From the NCBI GenBank assembly GCA_951406725.2, contig OX597823.1, positions 92,256,001 through 92,320,000 on the forward strand: a stretch of DNA of 64,000 nucleotides. Reading direction: 5' to 3'. This document shows, piece by piece, positions 15,968 through 28,308 of the stretch. Below the pieces are notes generated by a model that saw only the letters and a list, made by a program, of their open reading frames with translations, had not been told where the DNA came from and searched no databases. How positions within the stretch are numbered: the stretch's first letter is position 1; every line of letters begins with the position of its first letter. This DNA comes from Octopus vulgaris. Taxonomy: Eukaryota. Position numbers and translations under genes: made by a program.

Positions 15968-16150
15968 TGGGGAGAATTCACAAAGAAAAAACAATAGACG
16001 AAGACAGGTGGTGTAGACAACAAACAGCTGTATCAGTTTAACGCTCGGGAAGTGAAAAAGTCTTTAACGTTTAGAGCCTTCGCTCTTCAACAGGAACACA
16101 TAAAGAAACAAGGAGAGAAAATAAAGAATGTGTAGTGGCTAGCGATCTAT
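15968..16150 (-). mobile_element. Penelope pseudo-LTR-like fragment with degenerate hammerhead
   Basis: Minus strand TTC-CTGTTGA-AGAGCGAAGGCTC-TAAACGTT-AAA; flanked by TA-rich microsatellites. Confidence 0.6.
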
Positions 16151-16321
16151 GTATATATATATATGTATATATATATGTATATGTTTATATATATATATGT
16201 ATATATATATGTGTGTATATATATATATATATGTGTGTGTGTGTATATATATATATACATATATTTATATATGTATATATATATGTGTGTGTGTATATAT
16301 ATATATAGATAGATAGATATA

Positions 16322-17055
16322 GGCGCAGGTGTTACTTTGTGGCAAGGGGTTTGTTTCGCGACCGCATGGTTCTTGGTTTAGTACCAGTGCGAGGTAACAA
16401 GTGACATCTACTATAACCTCGATCTGATCAAAGCCTTGTGAATTGATTAACTAGACGGAAGCTGAAAGAAGCCGGCCCTATATACATGTTAATGGCAAAG
16501 CATCGATGTTCATCGCTCCTGAATGACGAACGGAGCGACTTTTAATACTCGGCGCTTTATGAGAGTCATCTCACCACGTCAAATCGCAGCTTATCAGCGA
16601 ACAAGCGAAGAGCGTATATTGTGTATGTGTTCGATAACTTTTGCTAGACTGCAACTGCTTCTAATTGCTCTTTCAAGTTAATCCCACTTATACGTCTTCC
16701 CATACATACAGCATGGACAGGTAATTCAGTTCACTTGGGCATCGTTTCAGGTACGTGATGTTGATAAGCCACGAATATGGCGAACCATCGATGTCCACCG
16801 CTCCAGCATGGGCCTCGGGGAGATTTCGCTCGCCTGGCTTTACCTTAAAGTGTTTGGACACCCGGAGGTTTAAGAGAGTTATCTTCACCGCGACAAATCG
16901 CAGGTATTTGTGTTTGTATGTGGTGTGTTTGTGTGTGTGTATGTGTGTGTGTGTGTTTGACCCCTCACGCAGTTTGACAACCGGTGCTGTTGAGTTTACG
17001 TTCCCGTAAGATAGCGTCAAGAGACGGATAGAATAAGTACTAGGTTTAAAAACGT
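16322..17055 (+). mobile_element. SINE family B interrupted by an approximately 420-bp insertion
   Basis: Head 16322-16480 and tail 16905-17055 match family B; the central part does not. Confidence 0.7.
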
Positions 17056-17135
17056 ACTAATGTAAGAAACATGAAAAAGATAACAGATAATAGATGAATG
17101 TATATTTAAATACATGCTCTGTATACTATCCCAAT

Positions 17136-17185
<50 letters not shown>

Positions 17186-18312
17186 CGATATATATTGGGA
17201 TAGTATACAGAGTGTGTTTAGTGATATTTTGCCAAACAACGATATCTTTGATATTTATATATATGTATTATATATATATATACACGCACACGCACATACA
17301 TATATATATGTATATTGAAATACATGCACACACATATGCGTCTGTATATATATATATATATATATATATGCATGCGTGTGTGCGCGTATGTATGTGTAGA
17401 GATGAACCTCCACTAATGGATTGCTGTTCAGACATTCGAGAAAGCAACATCGACAACCATAACAACAACAACAACGACGACGACGACGACGACGACGATG
17501 ATGGTGATGATGATGATGATGATGATGATTTACATAAAATTAAATGATGACATGAGCGAAGAAGTATTCAAAACATACAAGTAATAAAATGTGAATACAT
17601 AAATATTAATTAATTAAAAAGATAAATTTGAATGCTGTTCAAAATAGTGAATATTCACTGATATCTAAGCTGTTTTCTTATTGATTCAGTGATTTCTGTT
17701 TCTCTTTCAAGTCTTCGTAATTTTTTTCCTTTACTGATTAGCTTTTTTCGTGTTCATATTTTCTTCTTTTTCTTTTCGATATGTGTTCATTATTTTTTTT
17801 CATACGTATTTATCTGTATTATATATTATTGGTTTTCATTTTATGCTGGTGTGTGTGAGTATGCATCGGTAAGCGTGTGTGAGCGTGCATAATAACTCAT
17901 TAATTTTAATCAGGCAATAGTAATTAATGATTAATATATCCATGTCTGACGGAAGTATACCGGGACAGCTAAAGTGTACGCATCAGTTTATTAGCAGCTG
18001 ATGCCGTCCATTAGTCTATTTAACAGACCATGGCGCAATTACCATAATTCTTGCTCTCTCTTCAATATCCCCCGTCGATAGTTCGACTTTATTTCTATCC
18101 ATATCACTCTCCAAGTACCTTATTATCTGTCTAAATCACTGTTGTGCTTTATATCTTACCCGCTATCTACCTAGCTATATAACAATATATCCCTGACAAT
18201 ATACAGAATATCACATACACACACACACAAACATATATAAATACCTACGTACACACATATATATGTACATATGTGTGTATTTATCTGTCTATATATATAT
18301 ATTTTATATTAC

Positions 18313-18544
18313 AAGGCGGCGAGCTGGCAGAAGCGTTAGCAAGCCGGGCGAAATGCTTAGTGGTATTTCGTCCGTCGTAACCTTCTGAGTTCAAATTCCG
18401 CTGAGGTCGACTTTGCCTTTCATCCTTTCGGGGTCGATAAATAAAGTACCAGTTTCGCACTGGGGTCAATGTAATCAACTTAATCCGTTTGTCTGTCCTT
18501 GTTTGTCCTCTTTGTGTTTAGCCCCTTGTGGGTAGTAAAGAAAT
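18313..18544 (+). mobile_element. tRNA-related SINE family C
   Basis: AAGGCGGCGAGCTGGCAGAAGCGTTAGC...GAGTTCAAATTCC (B box)...GCCCCTTGTGGGTAGTAAAGAAAT; near-identical to copies at 49701 and 51731. Confidence 0.85.
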
Positions 18545-19322
18545 ATATATAATAATATTACACACACGCACACATGCATGTAATTATATATATATATATA
18601 TTTGCGTGTGTGTGTGTGTGTGTGTGTTCGTGCGTGTCGAAAGGTTTTTTCTGATCCACCATACAGTTCTGCATGATCTGTACGTGCTCTGGTTTGGCTA
18701 TTACAATATCTATAACCCATATCTGAGATCCTGACAGGTTCTAGGGTGCGGTTTAGAGTATACCTAGGAATAGTATTGGTTAAGAGACGATACCTAAAAA
18801 CCTTGGAGAACCCCAAGTAGGGCCCTATTACCGGATAATTTAAACTTATATACACGTAAACAACAAGGGCAAAACAAAAACAAAACAGAAAAACAACAAA
18901 AGTTATCCTCTGTAGTCGTGGCATGTGCAGATGAGATATTTCCTTTAGCAAAAGACCAACCTAACTGCAACCCTAGTAAGATGTCACGTGGTGTCACTAT
19001 CGGAACATCTAACGAGGAAGAGTTGCATTGGTCCGGGCAAGACAACTGACCGAATGACGATGGTCTTCCTAACAACTGACAGTCTTCCCTGAGTTTCTGC
19101 TCAAAATGGCGTGTCCACGACAACCGTAAGTGGGAGGATATTTGCTACAATAAACATAACTACTCTCACGGCCCTATGTCTTCGGTTCTGTATAACATTA
19201 TGAATGGACGTTGTGGAATATGTATCTTTTGTATAATGTTCAACTCTTCCAATTTGCTCGCAATCACGACGCACACATACAACTACTTATAGAATTAATA
19301 TATGTATTTGCATGTGTGTGTG

Positions 19323-19362
<40 letters not shown>

Positions 19363-19397
19363 TGCATCCACTTATATGTATATATATATATATATAT

Positions 19398-19603
19398 ACC
19401 GCGTGTGTACCGTTGGCGATTTTTTTCCCTCTGTCTTCCCTTCTTTGGATCATTCCTTTTCCTATGTTTCTGACGAAGAGCTCCGCTCGAAACGTTAAAC
19501 CCTCTTTCTTTCATTCTTTCCTAAGCGTCCAATAACACTATACTTGTTCCACGTCCTCGCGTTGTTGTGTTTTCTCTTTGTGTTTTCATGTTTGGATTAA
19601 CTA
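19398..19603 (+). mobile_element. Penelope pseudo-LTR-like short element carrying a hammerhead ribozyme
   Basis: Contains the HHR below; a homologous copy lies on the minus strand at 57600-57840; sits between (TA)n runs. Confidence 0.7.
19466..19500 (+). ncRNA. Minimal type I hammerhead ribozyme
   Basis: Stem I GTTT/AAAC, core CTGACGA, stem II GAGC-TCC-GCTC, GAAA, palindromic stem III ACGT, GUU cleavage triplet. Confidence 0.75.
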
Positions 19604-19630
19604 TATATATATTTTTTATATCTATCTATC

Positions 19631-19680
<50 letters not shown>

Positions 19681-19771
19681 TAACCGAAGAGATTGTGTTG
19701 TGGATTTCCACTTCGGCATCCGAAACTCAGAGTTTTATCTTGGCTATTGAATAAAAGGTAACGTATTAATT

Positions 19772-19833
<62 letters not shown>

Positions 19834-20004
19834 GAATGAATGGAATCTCGAGCGCTGTGAAAACAGCGTAGAGAGTTGAATAAAATGCATTTATAGGCGA
19901 AAAAACGTGGCTAGCAAACCTCTGCAAAGAACCATACCACAAGAAGTTCAATTCGCATCTCTGTCTTGGTTCGCTGGCACACATTCTATAAGAGCATTTT
20001 GCCT

Positions 20005-20806
20005 CCACCAAATTTGGAAGTGGTCTAACGATTGGGACCTGTGTCTGAACGTGTCAAAGTGCTGTCATCTGCCTGTCGGCTCTACTCCTGCAACTCAACT
20101 TGATTTCGAGCCGGGTCGTCTGCTGCTGGAGAGGACCGATCAGGTAAAGGACCTGGGTATCTTGGTGGATTCCTCCTTTTCGCCTTCGGCCCAGTGCGTC
20201 CATGCTGCCAACAAAGCGCGCGGAATTCTGTTTTTGATTCGACGGTCATTCGGAATGCTCACAGCAGCCATATTCCTACCACTCTATGTCACGCTGGTGA
20301 GACCCATATTGGAGTATGGGATTCAAGCCTCTTCTCCTTATCTCCTCAAAGACATACAGCATCTCGAAAGAGTCCAGAGGCTGGCTACCCGCATGGTTCA
20401 TGGTCTCAAAAATTTGTCCTACGAAGAAAGGCTGAGGACGCTCGACCTTTATTCTCTTGAAAACGCCGCCGCCGTGATGATCTCATTCTCGCCCACAACA
20501 TCATAAGTGGGAAGTGTAACCTCTCGAAAGAGCTGTTCTTCACTCCTGCTCCAGAGCGTCGGCTGCGGGGTCATTCCGAAAAGCTCTACCTGCGACGATT
20601 TCATCTCAATCGAAGGAGAGGAGCTTTCTCCGTCCGGGTTGCGGATCCGTGGAACAAGCTGCCAGACGAGATGGTGAAGATGCCGACGACCGCTTTGTTC
20701 AAAGCCTCCCTGGACCTCAAGTGGCCTGAACTCTTTACATGAACACCACCCTGTACTTAACTCCATGTCCCCCTACATGGCCTTGCTATTTGCTTTTGAG
20801 CCAAAT

Positions 20807-20846
<40 letters not shown>
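20005..20846 (+). mobile_element. CR1-group LINE 3' fragment with (TAAC)n tail
   Basis: LNVSKC, KDLGILVD, LYVTLVRPILEY, LERVQRLAT, YEERLRTLDLYSLE; frameshift near 20460 then LRGH..KL...FSVRV...WNKLP; tandem ACTA tail 20807-20846. Confidence 0.9.
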
Positions 20847-21226
20847 CGATCCTCTAAAGTATTTACACACATACTTTTCTGCGTTCGAGATTTTCTTCAT
20901 TTCTATAATACTAAATCACTCGACTTTCCAATGTTTATTTATGCAAATATGCTTTGTAAATAATTTGGGATGTCATTTGTTGCGATATTCGGAAAATACA
21001 ATAACAGTAAAAATTCTGAATATTAAGATTTTAGCTTTCATTTGTTCAGTGACATCTTCCACAGATAATATCCATAGTATCCCAGCGTTCTTCAGAATTG
21101 TTACCAGAATGCTAATCAGGGTCACATTCCTCCACTCACAAGAGTACATGAAACCAGCCTTATGAGCATGTGGCTCGGAAAGCCTATTTCTCCAGTCATA
21201 CACACACACACACACACACACATACA

Positions 21227-21297
<71 letters not shown>

Positions 21298-21328
21298 ATA
21301 TGTACATATATATATGCATATATACATA

Positions 21329-21356
21329 TCTTTATATATATAAAACTGAAAATGTG

Positions 21357-21387
<31 letters not shown>

Positions 21388-22066
21388 GTGTTTCCCTAAA
21401 AATTGAGAGCCAATTTCATTTAAATTTTACACATGCCTTACTTAGGGTCAATGTAGTTTCATGGGCAAAAAAAAATGTTCAACCTCTTGCCTAGAGTGAG
21501 CCCATAGTACTATCATATCTTCTCCACTATTTCAGTATTACGTGTTAAAAGTGAAACAAAAATATTTCTCTCTTTTATGTCAGATGATTTCACTTTAACA
21601 ATAAAAATAATAATTGAATTATATGTAGTAAGTAATAATTAAAATCAAACTAATGTTTAATATAATCGTAACATAACAAAAGTAAAAATAGCAATTGGTA
21701 TAAAATTGCATCAATGACTTGAACTTGAATAAGTGGTTTCACATGAATGGGAATAAATTAAAATTAAAATTAGCGTGCAGAAATGGAATAGTCCAGATGG
21801 ATTAATTAAATTAAATTAAATTAAATTAAAGAAAAGACTATCGTCTATAAAGTATACAATGTAGAGAAAAAAGAAAAGCTAACAATTCCAGTCTGTTATA
21901 TATTTTGAATATTGTTATCACTAGCGATATCAAGATATAACTTTGTATTTTGCATTTTATGTGTAGATGTATATATATAGATGTACATGTAATATGTACA
22001 CATATATATACACATATATACATGCACTAGCACTATGACCCGGCAACGGCGGGTCTTTAATGCTAG
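21329..22066 (+). mobile_element. Non-autonomous Helitron-like element
   Basis: A|TCTTTATATATATAAAA 5' end, (GTCT)n, 3' GC hairpin GACCCG-GCAACGG-CGGGTC, then CTAG|T. Continuity between the two ends is inferred. Confidence 0.7.
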
Positions 22067-22102
<36 letters not shown>

Positions 22103-22243
22103 TGGGTGTGTGTGTATGTGTGTGTGTATGCATATATACATACGTACATACATGCATATACATACGCACATGCATATCTTTTCTCAAGTTTATAAGGATG
22201 TAAAATAATTTACGTTGTTGTGTTTTCTCTTTGTGTTTTCATG

Positions 22244-22284
<41 letters not shown>

Positions 22285-22740
22285 TACGCGTGTGTGTTTG
22301 TGTGCGCGTGTGAGTCTGTGTGTACAAGAATACGCAAACGGGCATAAAATATTTTACATCCTCATGAACTTGAATTTGCAATAAATTTCACCCCAGGATC
22401 ACTATTGATTCCCGTGATCATTATATGTTATGTTGGTATTCTTAAAGCCTTCTAGAAATAGTAATCTTAGTTGTGGTAATTGTAAACAGTTCACATTTAC
22501 CAAAAAGAAAGAAAAAACAATCATTGAAGTTCTCATAGAAGAGTTTTATAAACAAAATATTAATTTGCACTTTAGTGTTACATTCCATCTGAATGAATCC
22601 TTTTCGGCATCTGGTGAATAAAATTCTGAAACAAAAATGTTATTATAAAATTCAGATGTAAGCAAAATCGAAAATTTTGATTTTAGAAGCATAAACAATC
22701 AGAAATATTCACCGTGGAGATGTACCGCAGTTTGACAAGC

Positions 22741-23055
22741 GTGGGCGTTGTGAGTGTTTATTGAGCGAAAACACCTAAAAGCTCCACGAGGCCCCGGCAG
22801 GGGATGGTGGTGATCCCTGCTGTACTTTTTCACCACAACTTTCTCTCACTCTTACTTCCTGTTTCTGTTGTACCTGTATTTCAAGGGGCCGGCCTTGTCA
22901 CTCTCTGTGTCACGCTGAATATCCCCGAGAACTACGTTAAGGGTGCACGTGTCTGTGGAGTGCTCAGCCACTTACACGTTAATTTCACGAGCAGGCTGTT
23001 CCGTTGATTCGGATCAACCGGAACCCTCATCGTCGTAACCGACGGAGTGCTTCCA
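22741..23055 (+). mobile_element. SINE family A, 5'-truncated
   Basis: Matches the body and tail of the 53002..53372 copy. Confidence 0.85.
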
Positions 23056-23448
23056 ACAGAATACTTTATATGGCAACATTAAAAAGAAACTACAGTGCAT
23101 GGTTACAGAAGAGGCTATGGATGCACGTATTCATGACCGATGGTTCTTGACGTTGGTCGTCCATCAGTTAGATGCAATCAACAATTCGGTGCAGAAATGT
23201 TTGCTTCAGATCCCCGGCGAGGATGAAATTACAAGGCGAGAAGCGGTGCAAGGAGAGAAACGTACACAAACGAATACAGAAGGTCCACGTGAGTATAGTT
23301 ACTCAGAGATACAAAGAAAACACGTACACAAACACCTACGCAAACGCAAAAACTCACACTTATATACATTCATATATATGTATTCCTCATCCTCTGTGCA
23401 TTACTGTCTGTGTATATATATATACGTACGCATATGTACACACACACA

Positions 23449-23528
<80 letters not shown>

Positions 23529-23678
23529 AATATATATGAGTGTGTGTGTGTGTATATGCGTAATCATATATACACATAGACTCGTAGATAGGTAGATATA
23601 CATATAGGTATGTATATATACATGTGTATATTCATATGTATATATATATACATATATGTATACATATGTTTATATATA

Positions 23679-23729
<51 letters not shown>

Positions 23730-24455
23730 ACTGTATCAATTTTATTTCTATCACTATCATTCTATCCCCGCCCATAATTTTTATTCATTTCATTTAATTT
23801 ATTATTATTATTGTTATTATTGTTGTTTTTATCATCATTATTATTATTATTAGTAGTAGTAGTATGAGTAATACTATTATTATTGTTACTATTATTATTT
23901 TGTTTTGTAATATTTTCTCTCAATTATTTCCTCTTATTTCAGATAACTTCTTTTATTTTTTCAACTGAACCAAAAACACCGTACTTCTCTTCCTCCGGTT
24001 CTGTTTGTTTGCTTATACGTCTGATTGCTTTTTGCAAATCGCAAGAGAGCCAAAGTCTCAGACGCAGATTTCAGTTTATTTGGTCAGGCAAAGTAAAATG
24101 AAATTTCGAAAATATAAAATTGAAAAGAGAATAGTGGGTATGGGGTAGGAAATACAGAGAACGTATTTGAAACATAAAATTCAAAAAAAAAAATAATAAT
24201 AAATAAATAATAATTAAGGGAAAAGATAGAAAGAATATGCAACAAACACATCTACGCCATCGGCTATGAAAAACATTAAGGGGGGTGTTTGTTCGTTGCT
24301 TCTTGTTTTTTTGTATCTTGTTTTGTTATATGTGATGGGATTACTTATTTGAATATTATTTAAATTCTTTGTTTCATGGGCATAGGCATTACTGCATACA
24401 TAACTATCTCACCATATATACATATGTATATATGGGTGTGTCTGTGTATATGTGA

Positions 24456-24512
<57 letters not shown>

Positions 24513-24614
24513 AATGGATATATAGACTTGGATGCGGAAGAAAAATTTCAAACAAACCCCCTCATATGGATAAGCAAATATACACATGCATATTTATACA
24601 TATTTATGTGTAGC

Positions 24615-24647
<33 letters not shown>

Positions 24648-24780
24648 TATATACTAATATATATATATACATACATGCATACCTGTATGTATATAGATGT
24701 CAGTAAACACAGAAACACGCCCACACTCACAGATACATACACACCTCGATTTATACTTCAATTTATGAATGAATATATGA

Positions 24781-24824
<44 letters not shown>

Positions 24825-24827
24825 TAA

Positions 24828-25381
24828 ATGCCCTGATGCAGTACAAGGCAATGACTCTCGTGGCTTCTGATCTTAACTGATTGGAAGTGTTATCATGTAC
24901 ATTGTTTTGTTTTGTTAAAAAAGATGGGCTACAGCAAATATTCTGCTCAATACCACAGATTTCCTTGTCGGTTGTTTGACCTTAACCAGTTGAGCATGTC
25001 CCTTAGTGGCTGATGATATGTGCATCTCTGATCACGAGCAGAAGTACTGGGGGAGCGTCAGAGCCATGTGTTGAGAGGGATTCTTTGGGGTTTGAATAAT
25101 TCACCTTTGGAGACATGGGTGTTTCGTTCAACGTTCTTAAACAACTTATATCGAGGGACCTGTTCAGTAGGATGGCTAACTCGACCAGAAGAAAATCCTT
25201 ATTGGGCCCCACCTGCAAGGTCATGTGCTGTTTATTTTGATATGAGATCACCATGTCGCACACATATGTTTGTGATGCATGTGCTAGTCTACCGTTATCA
25301 GATGGGTAGTCATTTGGGTATTCTGGGTTTCGTATATTTTACCCCAGTGTCACTTTGATGGCATACACTGCTCTCTCACTC
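24828..25381. mobile_element. About 550-bp non-coding dispersed element embedded in (AAT)n
   Basis: Collinear with 45758..46308 along its full length; both copies are flanked by AAT/GAT arrays. Confidence 0.8.
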
Positions 25382-25456
<75 letters not shown>

Positions 25457-25475
25457 GATGATAATAATAATAGTA

Positions 25476-25509
<34 letters not shown>

Positions 25510-25517
25510 CGATAATG

Positions 25518-25572
<55 letters not shown>

Positions 25573-25598
25573 CAATAACAATAACAATAACAATAATA

Positions 25599-25662
<64 letters not shown>

Positions 25663-25713
25663 CGACGACGATGATGATGATGGTTGGGTTGGTGATGGTG
25701 GTGGTGGTGGTGG

Positions 25714-25750
<37 letters not shown>
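25382..25750. repeat. Compound (AAT)n/(GAT)n/(GGT)n microsatellite
   Basis: Directly visible. Confidence 0.97.
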
Positions 25751-25752
<2 letters not shown>

Positions 25753-27200
25753 GGCAATACGAAAAAGGCAATTCGGTAGACAATTATAGGCCGATATCCT
25801 TCTTGCCACCTATGTGGAAATTATGAACTGGAATAGTCGCAGAGTCAATATACGGACATCTTAAAAGAAAAATGGCAGAAGGGATGCAAACATAAGTGCA
25901 GAGATACAAAGGATCAACTCCTGGTAGAGAAAACTGTACTTAGAGACTGCAAGAGGAGGAAAGCTAACTTAGCCATGTCATGGATCGATTATTGTAAGGC
26001 GTACTATATGATCCCACATTCTTGGATTATGGAATGTTGGGCGATTGCTTGGAAAAAGTATGGCGAATTGGAGGACGGACCTGACGTCATACGGAAGAAG
26101 CTTAGGGACAATAGAAATTGGGAGGGGCATCTTCCAAGGGGACTGTCTGTCCCTACTGATCTTTGTATTGTGCTTAATATCACTAACACTGATTCTGATG
26201 AAAGCAAAAGCTGGGTACGTGTTCAAAAGCCGCCAACAAAATGTCAACCACTTGCTATTCATGGATGTCCTCAATCTTTAGGATTAAGATGAATCTCAAG
26301 TCAGCTCCCTCGTTGATACAGTGTATACTTTCACTGCTGATATCAGAATGGAGTTCGGACTGAGAAAGTGTGATGTGTTAGTCTTGAAGAGAAGCAAAAT
26401 CAATTTCTTAGAGATGTTGAGAATAAGACAGGCAGAAAAAAGATGGCTATGGTTGGCTAAAAGTGATTTAAAACCGGAAATGGAGGCTCTAATCATTGCT
26501 GCCCAAGAGCAACAATTAAGAACGAATTACATCAAATACAAAATAGACAATACATGGAAACGTGCAGAATTTGTGGTGCAAATGGTAAAAACGCATAGCA
26601 TATCACAGTCAATGTACGCCTAATGCCCAGAAAGTATATAAGAGACGTCATGACAATAGAACAAGGGTTGTCTATTGGACATTTTGCAACAAGTATGAAC
26701 TTGACGGAGCAAAAAGTTGGTATGAACATAAACCCGAATCATTGTCGAAAATAGAAATGCAAAGATCCTATGGGATTTATGATTCACTGCGACCATGAGA
26801 AAGAGAATAGGAAAGCAGACATAGTGTTAATTGAGAAAGAAAGCAATCTATGCTGGATCATAAATATAGCATGCCCAGCTGAAAACAAGGTATGCGACAA
26901 GCAAGAAAGAAAGGTCGATAGATATGACAGGTTAGCTTGGGAAGTTAAGCAGTTGTTGTCGATGAAAAAGGTAGCAGTAGTACCAATAATTGTCGGAGCC
27001 CTGGGAACAGTGAGCAAAAACCTTGAGAAGTACATGAAACAATAGAAGCTGCAATAAGGGTACAGCAGTTGCAGAAAACTGCACTGCTTGTAACCGCTGG
27101 AATACTTCGGATGGTGCTCGAAAAATAAGGGTTGCTATCTAAGTCTACTGGTAGTGAACAGCTGACTTCGTTGTACTTCTGCAGCGTTAGAAACTGTGCA
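25751..27200 (+). mobile_element. Degraded, internally deleted R4/Dong-like LINE
   Basis: [68 protein letters not shown]; ends in (AAT)n. Confidence 0.9.
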
Positions 27201-27201
27201 A

Positions 27202-27290
<89 letters not shown>

Positions 27291-27349
27291 TAAGGCGGCA
27301 CTCGAGCATGGCTGTAGTCAAATGACTGAAACAAGTAAAAGTATATGTG

Positions 27350-27413
<64 letters not shown>

Positions 27414-27513
27414 AATAATCACCCCATTTTGAATTATATGGATAATTTATACTAAATTCTGGTGCCTTTAACTTAAGTACCATATTTAACTGAATCTAAA
27501 TTTTACTGAACTT

Positions 27514-27602
<89 letters not shown>

Positions 27603-28009
27603 AATACAACTGGCCTCTTTCAATTTTCATCTACCAGATCATTCCCTAACAATGTTTCGATCGACCCGAGCTTATGGCAGGAGAGACTTGCTCAATGTAC
27701 CATGCAGTGAGACTGAACCCGGAACCGTATCATCAGGAGGAAAACTTCATACCGCACAACCATGCCAACACGTATGTTAGTTCTGAAAGCAGTCGTATTG
27801 TTTCGCTACATAATTGCTTACATCTATTTTTGTATTATGATATAGGAGATATTATGATTTCTATAATGTATGATAGTTAATTTAATCGATGATGGTAATT
27901 AATTTGATAAATAATTTAGAAAAATCACAATCATTTTTTTAAAGGAACTTTAAAAACATTTGACCCAAGCCGAAAAATGTTAAGCCTCAAATGTCTCATA
28001 ATAAACCGG

Positions 28010-28308
28010 CCCTCCGTCGGTTGCGACGGCTAGCACTCCAGTTAATCCAATCCACAGAATAGCCTGCTCCTAAAATTAACAGGCAAGCACCTGAGCTTAA
28101 CATAGTCCTCAGAGAGATTCAGCGTGGCACAGAATGTGACCAAGTAAGCTCTGGGAATTACAGGTACAGCACATTTTTGCGAGCTGAGGGTAGTGGAGCA
28201 TCGTGAAATAAAGTGTCTTGCTGAATGACACAATGCCCCGCCGTGACTCGAACTCAAGACCTTATGATTACGAGCCGAACACTTTAACAGTTAAGGCACG
28301 CGTCTTCA
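28010..28308 (-). mobile_element. tRNA-SINE with family D-type head and family A-type tail
   Basis: Minus strand TGAAGACGCGTG...GAGTTCGAGTC...GCAAGACACTTTATTTCAC, then CACGCTGAATCTC...CGACGGAG. Confidence 0.7.

Noticed and set aside
17968-18016. Possible pre-miRNA hairpin (GCATCAG/CTGATGC)
   Set aside because: Only about 7 contiguous pairs and too short and bulged for a confident call.
20807-20846. Telomeric repeat
   Set aside because: (TAAC)n is the CR1-type LINE tail, not TTAGGG.
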